This document shows, in pieces, positions 1 through 13,479 of a DNA stretch of 64,000 nucleotides. The notes below the pieces were generated by a model that saw only the letters and a program-made list of their open reading frames with translations, made no database searches and was not told where the DNA came from. Origin of the DNA: Octopus sinensis (Eukaryota). Positions within the stretch are counted from its first letter, which is position 1. Every line of letters starts with the position of its first letter. The stretch lies in the NCBI RefSeq assembly GCF_006345805.1, contig NC_043008.1:68324001-68388000 (forward strand), read 5' to 3'. Made by a program: the position numbers and the translations under genes.

Positions 1-2189
1 GCTTACAAACACCTTCCACGCTGCAATTATATATATATATATATATATTGTTAACACTGTGGTAACGAAAAGACATAAAAGTGCTTAATACTACTTCATA
101 CTGGAAATGCATAAAGTCTTATGTATGTTAATTTATGTGAGAGAATCCCTGTTCACTTCAAATAGTTAGCATAATAAAGAAGAGAAATTTGGATGTTAAG
201 TGAACTATTCAGCAAAAGTATTGAAGTGAGGAAGTACATTAGTGAAATAAGTGTGTTTGTGGCTGTGTGTGGGGAGAATTACTATTTGATAGGAGAGTAA
301 AAAGCAAACAGGAAACAGCATCAGTTGTAAAGAAAAATATGCAAAAAATAAAAAAATTTACAGGTATGATAAATAGTGTAAAGTAGAATGTATCAATAAT
401 CATGAACTTAGTCAATATAAGAATACATCATAAGGATAGATCAGTGTTATTAGGTTAGAGACATGTTATAGACACACTTGATTAGTAAGACTGAGAGGAA
501 TGAGGGGAGGGGAGAGAAGAACTTGAAGATGAGTGAGTGAGGAAAGAAGGGACAGGGAAACAAAATGCAATAAGAATGAGAAGATTAAAAAGAGATGTAG
601 AAAGAAAATAATTGTTTCAAAATATGGCACAAGGTCAGACATTTTAAAGCGAAGAGGTTAGTCAATTGCATTGGTTCCAGTACTTGACAGGTACTTTTTT
701 TTAATTAACTCTTCTCAAGACACTGAGCTTTACAGAGGTGATGACAAAGGACCAAGATATCTGGTGCCTTGCTCTACTCAAGAAGTCCCCTCCACCACAG
801 CAGAATCAATACTGGTGCTGGTACCACATTAAAAAAAAATTAAAAAAACACTGGTGCTGGTGTTATGTTGAAAGCACTGGTGCGGGTACCACATAAAAAG
901 CACCCAGTACACTCTGTGGAGTGGCTGGCATTAGGAAGGAACTCCAGTCAAAGAAAGACAATGGAACCTGGTGCAACCCCTGGCCTTACCAGCTCTGGTC
1001 AAACTGTCCAATCAATGCCAGTATGGAAAACACATTCAATGATGATGATAATGAAAGAATGGAAAGTAATGTTGGCCTTTGTAGGATTTGAACTCAAAAG
1101 GTAAAGAGCTGGAACAAACACCACGGAGCATTTTGTCCAACACACAAATGATTCTCATTTCTTTATTGCCCATAGAGGGGACAAAAAAGGACAGACAAAG
1201 GTATTAAGTCGATTACACCGACCCCAGTGCATAACTGGTACTTAGTTTATCAACCCCGAAAGGATGAAAAGCAAAGTCAACCTCGGTGGAATTTGAACTC
1301 AGAACGTAATGGCAGACGAAATACCACTAAGCAATTCGCCTGACATGCTAACGTTTCTGCCAGCTTGCCGCCTTCACAAATGATTCTGCCAGCTACCGGC
1401 TCTAATAAGGCCAGCAATTTTAGGGGAAAGGGTTAGTCCGTTACACTGATCCCCTTTGCTCAATTAGTACTTATTTTATTGACCTACAAAAGGATGAAAG
1501 GCAGTATTTGAACTCAGAGCATAAAGAACCGAAAGAAATGCTGCTTAGCATTTTGCCTGACTCTCTCACAATTCTGCCAGTTTGCTACTTAGGTAGAGAA
1601 ATAACAATAATAACAACCTCAACAACAATGATGACGACTATGTCAATAATGGTGGTTATGATAGTGATGTGGTTAGAAGTGGTAATGTTTGATCTGAGGT
1701 TACTGGGCCACAAAAGGATGATTAAAAACTGACAAGTGGACGGATACTGTTTTAAAACAATTCCATGTATCTTGTACCAGCACTGCAAGGTAGGCATAAA
1801 CATTATGCTGATGAGGTTGATTATCTCCCTCCCTCCCTCCCTCTCTCACCCCCACCCCACACACATAATGGAGTGCTCTCTTTTGTTTTGAAAGCTACAA
1901 GGCAACCCTGCCAATGCTGGTGCTTGAAAAAAAGTCCCAATACTCTTTATAAGTGGTTTGTAATTGATTTAAACCATGACAACCCAGGACTTGTGGGACT
2001 CTTTAGTCTTGCTAACAGCAAAGCAAACACTATAGTGTTGATTCCACAAAAGACTGCATCCAGTATATTATGTAAAGTAGTTAGGAAAGGCATCCATCCA
2101 TAGAAACCAACACAAGAGCTGACAAGTTAGAAGACTGTCCAAGCTCTGCAATCTGTTTTGGCATGGTTTCCACAGCTGGATGCCCTTCG

Positions 2190-2740
2190 TAGGCAAGGTG
2201 ATGTTCACAGTCTTTTGGGATCATTGCAAAGTAGTGATGATGGATTTTCTGGTAAAGGGTACCACAATTAATGAAGTATATTATGCTTCTCTGCTGCAGA
2301 AATTGTGGGATGGCATCAAAGCAGAGAGGCGTGACATGCTGACCAAAGGAGTCCACCTCCTCCAAGCCAATGCCCAAGTTTATAATGCATATGTTGCCCA
2401 GATGAAAATACAGTCCTGTGGCTATGAAATCCTTCCTCATCTCCCTTACTCTGCCAACCTCCCACCATCTGACTTTCACCTCTTTTCAACCATGAAGTCT
2501 TTTTTGAAGAGGAAGCACTTTTCAGATGATGATGAACTTATTTCCAAGGTAAAGACTTAGCTCCAGATGCAACCTACCGACTTCTATAGACGAGGTCTTC
2601 ACAGCTGCGTAAAGTGATGGGGGAAGTGTGTCATGATTGGTGGTGGGTATGTAGAGAAGGACTAATAATAATGCCAAGTTTCATTTCTCCCAGTCCTTGA
2701 TAAGTATGTCAGGGGAAATCTTTAATGAACACTCCTCGTA
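2190..2740 (+). mobile_element. Mariner (Tc1/mariner) transposon 3' fragment
   Basis: Decayed transposase with GKVMFTVFWD, EILPHLPYSANLPPSDFHLF and KCVMIGGGYVEK motifs. Ends in a TIR-like ...CACTCCTCG followed by TA (2739-2740). Confidence 0.9.
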
Positions 2741-2855
2741 CCTCATAAATGCAGTATGCATGACCAAGACTGAACCCTTCATTTTGCATCTATCTAAGGA
2801 AGATGCTCATTTCTTTCATTGTATGTGTCTGTGTGTGTGTGTATGTGTGTGTAGT

Positions 2856-3180
2856 GAAGGCACATGGCCTAGTGGTTAAGGTATTTGACTAATGATTGTA
2901 ACATTATAAGTTCAATTCTTGGTGGTATGTTGTGTCCTTGAGCAAGACACTTTATTTCACATTGCTCTAGTATTCTCAGCTGGTAAAACTGAGTAGTACC
3001 TGTAATTCAAAGGGCCAGCCTTGTCACACTCTGTGTCACACTGAATCTCCTTGAGAACTATGTTAAGAGTACACATGTCTGTGGAGTGCTCAGCCATTTG
3101 CATGTTAATTTCATGAGCAGGCTGTTCCGTGGATCAGATCAACTAGAACTTTCATCATCATAACCAACAGAGTGCCAGTT
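2856..3180 (+). mobile_element. tRNA-derived SINE, family C
   Basis: TGGCCTAGTGGTTAAGG A box, GTTCAATTC B box, and GTTGTGTCCTTGAGCAAGACACTTT core. Confidence 0.75.
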
Positions 3181-3699
3181 TAGTTTAGTTTGTTGTGTGT
3201 ATGCATGCGTGTGTGTGTGTGTGTGTATGTATGCATGTGTGTATGTATGTATGTTTTTAATTATTCCGTTTTATTTCAAGATTTCTTACCAATAGAGAAA
3301 GAGCCAGTTTCTAACCTAGGTCCAAGGCTCCTTCAATGGAATTTTAGCATTAACAGGGTATGTATGTATGTATTGTGAAAGTCTAGAGTGGTCTCTCTTG
3401 TGGTTCGCAGTGCTGATGGTAGCCAAAGAAGCTACTGTTCCTCCAAAGAGTGCCTTCAAATCACTGCTAGTGTTTTTCAACACTTCTTGCTTAAGTGAAT
3501 AAGGCCTTTGTACATGTCAAATATATCCCAAACATATTTGAACTCTTCTAAATGTTTTTTCATGTGTGTGTGCGTAAAAGTAATGTGGATCTCATATGTA
3601 CTATTGTTACTAAGAAAGAGAGAAGTCATTATGTAAAGATACATATTGGAGTTTAGCAGGATTAGGTAGTAGTATGTTTTGGCAGGAATATAATATATA

Positions 3700-3739
<40 letters not shown>

Positions 3740-3742
<3 letters not shown>

Positions 3743-4135
3743 TTATATATAAAAGTAAGGTTGTGTGCTGTCTGTCTCCTACGATTTAGATTCCTAACTA
3801 CTCCCACATTTTGTGGTGCAGTTTAACCAAAACCGGGTATCTTATAGTCGTGATTCATACGAGCCCTTCTGGGTATTAGCGCACGTCTACGATGAGTCTA
3901 CGATTTAAAAAAAAATTTACCATGAATTTTTCCCATTTTTAATGCATTTTTGGCATATATAAGGGAAGTAACTCTCTAAAAATTTATTATTAAATCTCAG
4001 AACGTAAAAAGCTACAGTAACACCCCTCCCTTTGTGGTTAGCCATATTGAGATGGCTATTATACTTTACATCTCTAAAAATGCTTATATAGTTATTTCCC
4101 TTACAAACCTGAGCAACGCCGGGCGATACTGCTAG
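3740..4135 (+). mobile_element. Non-autonomous Helitron-like element
   Basis: Starts TCTTTATATATAAAAG and ends with a CCTGAGCAACGCCGGG hairpin then CTAG. Inserted between A and T in (AT)n, with no TSD. Confidence 0.75.
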
Positions 4136-4325
4136 TATATATATATATATATATATCAGGTGGCAAACTGGCAGAATTGTTTGCATGCTGGGTAAAATGT
4201 TTAGTGGCATTTCATCCAGCTTTACATTCTGAGTTCAAATGCTGCCAAGATCGACTTTACCTGTCATCTTTTGGGAGTACTGGGATCAATGTAATCAACC
4301 TTTGTAACAAAATGGGAGACCAATA

Positions 4326-4377
<52 letters not shown>

Positions 4378-4478
4378 GATATTAGGGAGTAAATCCAAAC
4401 TTACAGGGATAATTAGATTTAGGATTAAATCTAATTTTACAGTATAAATATATATATATATTAAATTAGAGATAAAAG

Positions 4479-5506
4479 CACTATTGGGCAAATCAAACAG
4501 TGAAAGACATAAACCAAAACATAGAAATAAAATTAATTAATATAATATACAAAATATATAAAATATAAAATTCAAAATTTAAATTATTTAAATTTAAAGT
4601 TAAAATTTTAAAAAAATTTTTAATTATTAATTTAAACTTATAAATTCTAATATATATATATATATATATATATTTTATTATTTTTATTTTTATTATTATT
4701 TCTATTTTTTATTTTTTTATATATTTATTTATTTATTTATTTTTTTTATAAATATATATAACTATCAAAAAGTTTAATATAAGATAAAAAGTATGATAGT
4801 TATATATATTTATAACAAAAAAAAAAAATTAAAAAAATTAAATAAATATATAATTAAAAAAATAAAAAGTTAAAAAATAAAAAATTAAAATTAAAATAAT
4901 AAAATATATATATATAGGCACAGGAGTGGCTGTGTGGTAAGTAGCTTGCTTACCAACCACATGGTTCCAGGTTCAGTCCCACTGTGTGGCACCTTGGGCA
5001 AGTGTCTTCTACTATAGCCTCGGGCCGACCAGTGCCTTGTGAGTGGATTTGGTAGACGGAAACTGAAAGAAGCCCGTCGTATATATGTATATATATATGT
5101 GTGTGCGTGTGTATTTGTGTCTGTGTTTGTCCCTTTAGCATTGCTTGACAACCGATGCTGGTGTGTTTATGTCCCCGTAACTTAGCGGTTCGGCAAAAGA
5201 GACCGATAGAATAAGTACTGGGCTTACAAAGAATAAGTCCCGGGGTCGAGTTGCTCGACTAAAGGAGGTGCTCCAGCATGGCCGCAGTCAAATGACTGAA
5301 ACAAGTAAAAGAACTAAAAGAACATATATATATATTAAAATTTATAAGTTTAAATTAATAATTAAAAAAATTTTTTTTAATTTAACTTTAAATTTAAATA
5401 ATTTAAATTTTGAATTTTATATTTTATATATTTTGTATATTATATTAATTAATTTTATTTCTATGTTTTGGTTTATGTTTTTCACTGTTTGATTTGCCTA
5501 ATAGTG
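4479..5506. repeat. 172-bp AT-extreme inverted repeat enclosing a SINE
   Basis: 4479-4650 is a near-exact reverse complement of 5335-5506. Confidence 0.8.
4917..5322 (+). mobile_element. tRNA-derived SINE, family A (full length)
   Basis: A box TGGCTGTGTGGTAAG and B box GGTTCAGTCCC, internal microsatellite, GAAACAAGTAAAAGA tail. Many near-identical copies in the window. Confidence 0.9.
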
Positions 5507-5571
5507 TATGTATGTCTGTATGTATAGATATGTGCAAGTATATATGTTAATGTGCAGCATAGCCTTATTTG

Positions 5572-5910
5572 AAGGCACATGGCTCAGTGGTTAGTGTGCC
5601 AAGCTTACAATCGGGAGGTTGTGAGTTTGATTCCTGGACCGGGCTGCATGTTGTGTCCTTGAGCAAGACACTTTATTTCACATTGCTCCAGTTCACTCAG
5701 CTGTAGAAGTGAGTTGCGACATCATTGGTGCCAAGCTGTATCGGCCTTTGCCTTTCCCTTGGATAACATTGGTGGTGTGGATAGGGGAGGCTGGTATGCG
5801 TGGGCAACTGCTGGCCTTCTATAAACACACTTGCCCGAACTTGTACCTCAGAGGGTAACTTTCTAGGTGCAATCCCATGGTCATTCATGACTGAAGAGAG
5901 TCTCTTCATA
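5572..5910 (+). mobile_element. tRNA-derived SINE, family D (same core as C, different 3' half)
   Basis: TGGCTCAGTGGTTAG A box and the same TGTGTCCTTGAGCAAGACACTTT core, followed by a distinct tail. Confidence 0.75.
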
Positions 5911-6079
5911 GCCTTGTTTGTGAAGGCAAAAACAAATTAAAGAATTAAAGATATATATACATAGAGAGAGAGGGGGGGAGGAAGCGAGACATGCATGTGT
6001 GAATGCATGTCAGTATGCACGAGCATATGCACGTGGTTTGTAATATTGTATGTTGCTACACCTCTCATACCCACCCTGT

Positions 6080-6860
6080 CTCTCATATCCGTCTCCTCCC
6101 CCTCCACTCGTCCTCATTTATACACACACTGTCTCTGTCTTATCTATCTATACACTCTCTGCTCTCCTCCTCCTCTCTCCTCCTCCCCTCTCTCTCTCTC
6201 TCTACCTCCTACCATTATCAACATTTTACTCTTTTTCTCTTTGAACAGTCTACTTCTTCATTCTTTTCCTCCCTCCCTCAGCTTTCTGTCAGCTACTCTT
6301 CTCCTGCTCTCCCTGTCTATCTATCTTTCTATTTCTCTCTATTTTTCATCTATCAACTGCCTGTTCACCCTCTCTCTCTCTTTCTTTCTTTTGTATCACC
6401 TATCACCTCACCCACTCATTCTTTTAAATATCTGCCCCCTCCCATTCTCCTACTTGCTCTATTCTTTTTCTTTCTTTCTTTTTTTCTTTCTCATCTTCTG
6501 CACCATCCCATACCTCACTCTTTTTTTCAAATGTTTCCCCTCCCCCGTCTTTCTACCCACCTCTGTTTGTCTGTCTGTTTGTCTGTCTCTCTTTTCTGTA
6601 TGATCACCCCTCCTCAATCTACCCACCTCACATCCTCACACTTACCAAACCATTCCCGCTGAATAGGAACACATTTCAAATAGGGTTTTACAGCAACAGC
6701 AACTGCAATAACATTACCAACAGCAATACCAGTAGCAGCCGCAGCAGCAACAAGAACAACAGCAGCAACAACAATAACAACTACAACAATAATCACAATA
6801 ACAACAACACTAATACAACCCCCATCCCCAACAACAGCAAACTACAAAAACAATAATAAT
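6080..6860. repeat. Polypyrimidine (CT-rich) tract followed by (CAA/CAG)n low-complexity sequence
   Basis: Directly visible. Explains the spurious long ORFs at 5995-6662. Confidence 0.9.
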
Positions 6861-7688
6861 AAAGAAGCCTCTATACAGTTGTCAGATCTGCTAGAAATAG
6901 CAGCCTAATTCTTCATCAAGCTGTACTATACCATCATAAAAAGCAGACACCTTAGATAATATTGCAGTTTTGGGGCACAGTATACATGAAAGAAAATCAA
7001 ATATTTGTGGGATGGCTATGGCTGGAGTGTTTCTGATAAAGAACAAGCCTCTAGCCCTCAAACTAACTTTTGTCCAATGTAAAAAAAAATTATGACATAA
7101 ATATACAAAATTACAAAACTGAGCTAAGGGAAGTAACTCAAGTGAGTCAATGACATGAATTTACACAATTCAAGCAGGTGGTGATATACTTAATGTACAC
7201 AAACAAATTTTAATGAATAGATGAAAAAAAATTTGTCTCTTATTAGGAGAAGGTAAACAAACACCTAGTAGCATTTATTACAAACGTTGAAAAAAAAGGG
7301 AAGATAATTTCAAAATGTTAAGAATTAAATAAATAGAATAATGTTTTTGATTATGGTGGTGAAAATATGATCCTCGTTAATCAATAATGTGAAAACTTTG
7401 TACATTATTTCACCTTGGCTGTCTTGAGAACACCTAGTAAACCATTCGGTTGTTGATGTTGTTGCAGTGAGGGTGGTGGTGGTGGTGGTGGCAGTGGTGG
7501 TAGAGTAACCCAAGATCAGTTCTAATGAAACACAACTAGAAATCCTTTTCTTACTAAAAGATGTAACAACTCCCTTAACCATTTCCATATTCATCATACT
7601 CTACTTCCCATATTTTCAGTACAAACATCCTAGTATTCCTCACACACACATATAATTTATTACTTTTACACACTTTATTTTTTATGTT

Positions 7689-8098
7689 TATATATACTCT
7701 TTACTCTTTTACTTGTTTCAGTCATTTGACTGAGGCCATGCTGGAGCACTGCCTTTAGTCGAGCATATCGACCCCGGGACTTATTCTTTGTAAGCCTAGT
7801 ACTTATTCTATCAGTCTCTTTTTGCCGAACTGCTAGGTGACAGGGACATAAACACACCAGCATCAGTTGTCAAGCAATGCTAGGGGAACAAACACAGGCA
7901 CAAACATACATATATATATTATATATATATATACAACAGGCTTCTTTCAGTTTCCGTCTACCAAATCCACTCACAAGGCTTTGGTCGGCCCGAGGCTATA
8001 GTAGAAGACACTTGCCCAAGATGCCACACAGTGGGACTGAACCCGGAACCATGTGGTTGGTAAGCAAGCTACTTACCATACAGCCACTTCTGCGCCTA
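7689..8098 (-). mobile_element. SINE family A copy
   Basis: Reverse-complement match to 4917-5322. Confidence 0.88.
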
Positions 8099-9049
8099 TG
8101 TATATTATATGTATATATATATGAGCAAGATGTGTACCACCTTGCTGTACTCCAGAAGATCTGCCTACCATGACAAAATTGAGATCCCAAAACCAAGGTG
8201 CCAGATAAAAAGCATTGGTGTGGGTGCTGGTACCATGTAAAAAGCACTGATGATGGTGCCTTGTAAAAAGCACCCAGTACACTCTGTAAAGTGGTTGGTA
8301 TTAGGAAGGGCATCAGGCTGTAGAAACCAAGCCAAAACAGACTTTAGAACTTGGTGCAGCCCCAAGCTTTGCCAATTGTTTTCATACTGTCCAGCTCATG
8401 CTCATGCCAGCAAGGAAAAACGGATCTTAAATGTTGGTGATGATGATGATGTCTATGTGTATATATATTATATATATTATATATATATATATATACATAT
8501 ATAATTTTATTAATCTGACATACACACACATATATGTTATTGATGACATCTAAAAGATGCTTCCTCTTTAATCACCTTTGCTGGAATGTATCTTTGATCA
8601 GGAGGGATTGTCATCAGATGGTATCCAATGATCATTGGATTTTTCAACACCCTCTCATAGGTGGGTCAGCAGAGGTAGCCAAATCACTGCTCATCATCTC
8701 CTCCTGGCTTCCAGCTTAACTTCTTTCTCTTGCTCCATAACCAGCAAGGGGGATTTTCTGTTGCCTCTCATATCATGTGCACAACTAAAATTCACTTTAT
8801 TCCTATTATTTCAACGGTTTTAAGCCTTCTCTATACTGACTGTGCATGGAATCCTCTAAAGCTAACCTTAATTGGGTATAGCCATGACTACCATCTTTTC
8901 TCCTTACAGTTGTTCAAAAGGCTCTGGTAATTGTCACACTTCCATTCAATGGCTTGATCGCACCCTTCTTCTATTGTTCTTTAATCTGGCAACTGGAGGG
9001 AAAGGCTGTCCTCACAACCAATATGCTGCTGTGAGTGCTACTGGATGAT

Positions 9050-9400
9050 AGTCTCTGGTGATGATGTTATTTCACGCTTTCTGATCCAGGTGCTGCCCTT
9101 AGAATGCCTGTGGTCGAGGCATTATACCTTCAGGTCTTCCTCAATTTGCTTTGCCCATGTCTTCTTTGGTGTGCTGTGCTGGATTCTCCAGTGCATGGGT
9201 CACTGCTACAAGGGGACTGTAAGCTTGATCAGGATCACTTTCTTTGACTTTACAGACTACAAAACTACATCTGGCTTCAAGAATATCTGGATGACCAGGG
9301 GAAACTGCAATCTTTTCTCCAGGTCAACTTCCATATCCCATAGTTGATCCCATGTACACTACCAGTCCTTCTTGCTGTCTCCAGTGGCTTTTCTCATTCC
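9050..9400 (-). mobile_element. Highly decayed RTE-like LINE fragment
   Basis: Minus-strand PKKTWAKQIEEDLK resembles the RTE C-terminal PRKTW motif. Confidence 0.4.
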
Positions 9401-9404
9401 TTCA

Positions 9405-9620
9405 TGTACATGAAGGAGAGGAGTTGCGGATCCGTGGAACAAGCTGCCAGACGAGATGGTGAAGATGCCGACGACCGCTTTGTTCAAAGCCTCCCTTGAC
9501 CTCAAGTGGCCTGAACTCTTTACATAATCACCACCCTGTACTTAACTCCATGTCCCCCTACATGGCCTTGCTATTTGCTTTTGAGCCAAATTAACTAACT
9601 AACTAACTAACTAACTAACA
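9405..9620 (+). mobile_element. CR1-like LINE 3' end with (TAAC)n tail
   Basis: RVADPWNKLPDEMVKMPTTALFKASLD motif followed by a short UTR and a (TAAC)n tail. Confidence 0.7.
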
Positions 9621-9727
9621 TGACTGCTGGAGTTGTTTTCCCTGCTGTTGGTGTTTCTTGATTCTTTCATATTATTACAAATTATAGATGAGGATAATTA
9701 TTATTATTTTACACATACACACAAGCG

Positions 9728-9767
<40 letters not shown>

Positions 9768-10058
9768 CACACAAAACGATCAAAGGTCATTCCCAAGTCT
9801 TAGGCTCATAAAGTTGATTTCCTGGGTTTCGTGGCATATATATATACTCTCTCACTGGACAGGTTGTTGGACCATTGCAGGATTACTTATTTTTGTCAGC
9901 CAAGTGGACAGGAGCAATGTGAAATGAAGTGTTTTGCTCAAGACCACAATGCATTGCCGATTCCAGGAATCAAAACTATGATCTTACTATCATGAGTGCA
10001 AACATGCAACATTCTAACCACTAAGCCACATGTCTCCACACACATGCACACACACACA

Positions 10059-10096
<38 letters not shown>

Positions 10097-10236
10097 CAGA
10101 GTGAGTGGTTGGCATTGGGAAGAGCATCCAGCTGTAGAAACTTTGCCAGATTAGACTGGAGCCTGGTGCAGCCATCTGGTTCGCCAGTCCTCAGTCAAAT
10201 CGTCCAACCCATGCTAGCATGGAAAGCGGACGTTAA

Positions 10237-10301
<65 letters not shown>

Positions 10302-10447
10302 GGCGTATCTATACATGCATCCGCGTACTTGTATTACACATTTATATTCCTGTCTTTGTAAGTATCAAACTAGTCAAACTAATACATTTATTAAAACTTG
10401 TTCCCCTCCACACTATCTTTGTACTCATTGCCTGCTTAATACATATG

Positions 10448-10492
<45 letters not shown>

Positions 10493-10545
10493 TGTGTGTT
10501 TATCCATATATATATATATATATATACATGCATACAATTATACAC

Positions 10546-10576
<31 letters not shown>

Positions 10577-10577
10577 G

Positions 10578-10611
<34 letters not shown>

Positions 10612-10769
10612 TATATATATGTTTTATATCATCAAGTAAGTGTAATAGGAATGCAGTGGGATTGACGCAATATTAAAGTTGGCCATAGATTATCTCAAAC
10701 TTAAAAACTACATATGCATACAACTCTCTCTCTATCTATCTATCTATATATATATATATATGTGTGTGC

Positions 10770-10803
<34 letters not shown>

Positions 10804-11877
10804 GCATATGTGTGTGTGTGTATAATCATCCAATTTTTTATGCACTATTTAATTTGTTCTGTGCATATCTTATGCAGCACATATACAGATATAGGCATAA
10901 CTTATATTAACACATATGCATAGCTGAAGACAGCCAGTCTCACTTCCTCCCAAAAATGTGTCAGTTCTTCACCAAGTAAGAGAGCCTCTCAATGGTTTCT
11001 TGACCTGCTAGAAATAGCAGCTTAAAGTTACTCAACCCCTTTACAGTCTTAAAGAAGAACACATTGATTACTATACATGTACATACAGAAACTGGATGAC
11101 GATTGTTGGAAAATTTTTAATCATAGGTTTGCCCAGTCAGATATCACCACAAAGCCAACAGCATGTACCATTTCCTTTTCTGGTTCTCTTTAGATTATAA
11201 ACACCAGGTCCTCTTCAAGTTCCCTTCTCTTTCAAGTCACCTCATCTAGAATCCTATCTATGGCAGATTTATGGTGACAGTGACTTGGAATTATTAGTCA
11301 AGAAATAGTCTAACAAATATCTACAACTGCAGATTATACTAATGTGTCTGTAAGAATCACTGTTAGTCTTCTCATGAAGAACATGCCAACATGTCTATGT
11401 TATAATCCCTGTTTGTCTTGTGAATATTATAACCAATGTACAAGCTGGCTAGCCGGCAGAATTGTTAGCAAGCTGGGCAAAATGCTTAGCAGCATTTCAT
11501 ATGTCTTTACATTCATATTCCACCAAGATTGACTTCCTTTTGTCCTTCTGATGAGTGTGTGTGTGTGGGGGGGGGGTCAATAAACTAAGCACCAGTGGAG
11601 CACAAGGGTTGATGTAATTGACTTACACCCTTCCCCTCAGACTTGCAGGCCTTGTGCCAAAATTTGAAATCAATATTGTATCCAATGTCTCTGTAATAAT
11701 CGCAGTTAGTTTTGTATGCATATCTGCATGAGCGTGCGTGTATGTATGTGTGTGTGTGTGGTGTGTGTGTGTGTGCTTGCATGTGTTCGTCTAAGTGTGT
11801 GTATGATAATTAGTCTTACTAGAGAAAGACCTTATTATCCTTAAGTTTAGAAACAATGGTTTCTGGTTTTAATCTCA

Positions 11878-12058
11878 TCTGGAGCCATTTACATATCCAA
11901 GAATCCAGCCTGGAACCATGTCAATGCCCAGGAATCCAGCATGGAGCCATGTACACATCCCACAATTCAGTGTGCTGTTATTTACATATCCAGGAATCTA
12001 GTCGGTAGCCATTTACATATTCCAGGATCCATTCTGGAGCCATGTGCATATCTCAGAA
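11878..12058. repeat. ~30-bp degenerate minisatellite (~6 units)
   Basis: Consensus close to TGGAGCCATTTACATATCCAGGAATCCAGC. Confidence 0.75.
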
Positions 12059-13479
12059 CAATGATTTGAGATGAAACAGATTGAGACATCATGTAAAGTG
12101 TAAACGATGTAAATAAAGACTCCGTAGTTGAAATAATAGTCTAGAAGATAATAAGTATATGTAAAATAATCTGGACTATTTGATAGGGTGTGGCCTGTTG
12201 ACCCCACCATATGGTTGTGCTGATATTTTGTAGTTTGGTCCAGCCATCCTCTCAAGAAATATTTAAAAGCATTTAGGAGGCAAAATTCCACCTTTACATC
12301 CTGTTATTTACTATAAACAAACTACATGTACTCCACCCAAAATACTCCAAAGTAGTTTAGATAATTTATTTGAGAAAGCCTTCTCTCACTTAATGCACAC
12401 TATTATTTTTGATAATGGCATATAAATTGTATTAAGAAGTAATTTGACACCAAATATAAACTGAAGTTGTGCATCTCTTGCTTGCTGTCATAAATTGAGA
12501 TTAATGTTCCATGCCATGCCACAAAAAATGGTGACCTTGGGCCAATGTTAAAAACACTTACCATCCTTTTTCTCCTCCTCCTCCTCCTCATCATCATAAT
12601 CATCGCAATTATCATCATCATTATTATCATCATCATCAAGATTCATTAGTTATTAGTAGTGTTTTTTCCAGATCTTTATATTGGGCGGTTAAAACTCACC
12701 AAGGTCAGCTTTGCCATTCATCCTTCCAGGTTCAATAAAACAAAGTACTAGTATGTACTCAGGTCAATGTAATGACTAAACCCCTTCTTCGAAAATCGCT
12801 GGCCATGTACCAGAATTTGAAACGAAAGGCTTGTGAGCTGATGAAATCATGAGCAACAGGACAAAATGCTTTGAGGTATTTTTTCCAGCTTTATGGTCTG
12901 AGTTCAAATTCCACAAGATTGACTTTGCCTTTCATCCTTTCAGGGTTGATAAAATAAGTACCATTTGAGCACTGAGATTGAAGTAATTGAATAACCCCTT
13001 CCCCCAAAATTTCAAGCCTTAAACCAATGGCAGAAAGAATTATTATTATTATTATTATCATCATCATCATCATCATCGTTGTTGTTGTTGTTGTTGTTGT
13101 TGTCGTCGTCAAATTCTGCCAATTCAACTTTGCTTTTCATCCTTTCAGGGTTGATAGAATAAGTACCAGTTGAGTACTGGAGTTAATGTAATCAACTATG
13201 CCCATCCCCCAAATTTCAGGCCTTGTGCTTATAGCAGAAAAGATTATTATTATTATTATTATTATTATTGAGTGTGAGAGCAGTGCATGCCATCAAAGTG
13301 AAACTGGGGTAAAATATATGAAGCCCAGTATACCCATCATGACTACCCGTCTGATAAGGGTACACTAGGCACATGCATCACATCCATATGTGCACGACAT
13401 GGTGATCTCATATCAAGATAAAACAGCGCATGACCTTGCAGGTGAAGCCCAGTTAGAATTTTCTTCTGGTTATTTTGGT

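Noticed and set aside
4917-4990. tRNA-like heads with A and B boxes (here and in many copies)
   Set aside because: They continue into SINE bodies and no complete cloverleaf was found, so no tRNA gene was called.
5995-6662. ORFs of 202 and 219 aa
   Set aside because: Produced by a CT-rich low-complexity tract that lacks stop codons. The peptides are L/S/F/P-biased with no domain.
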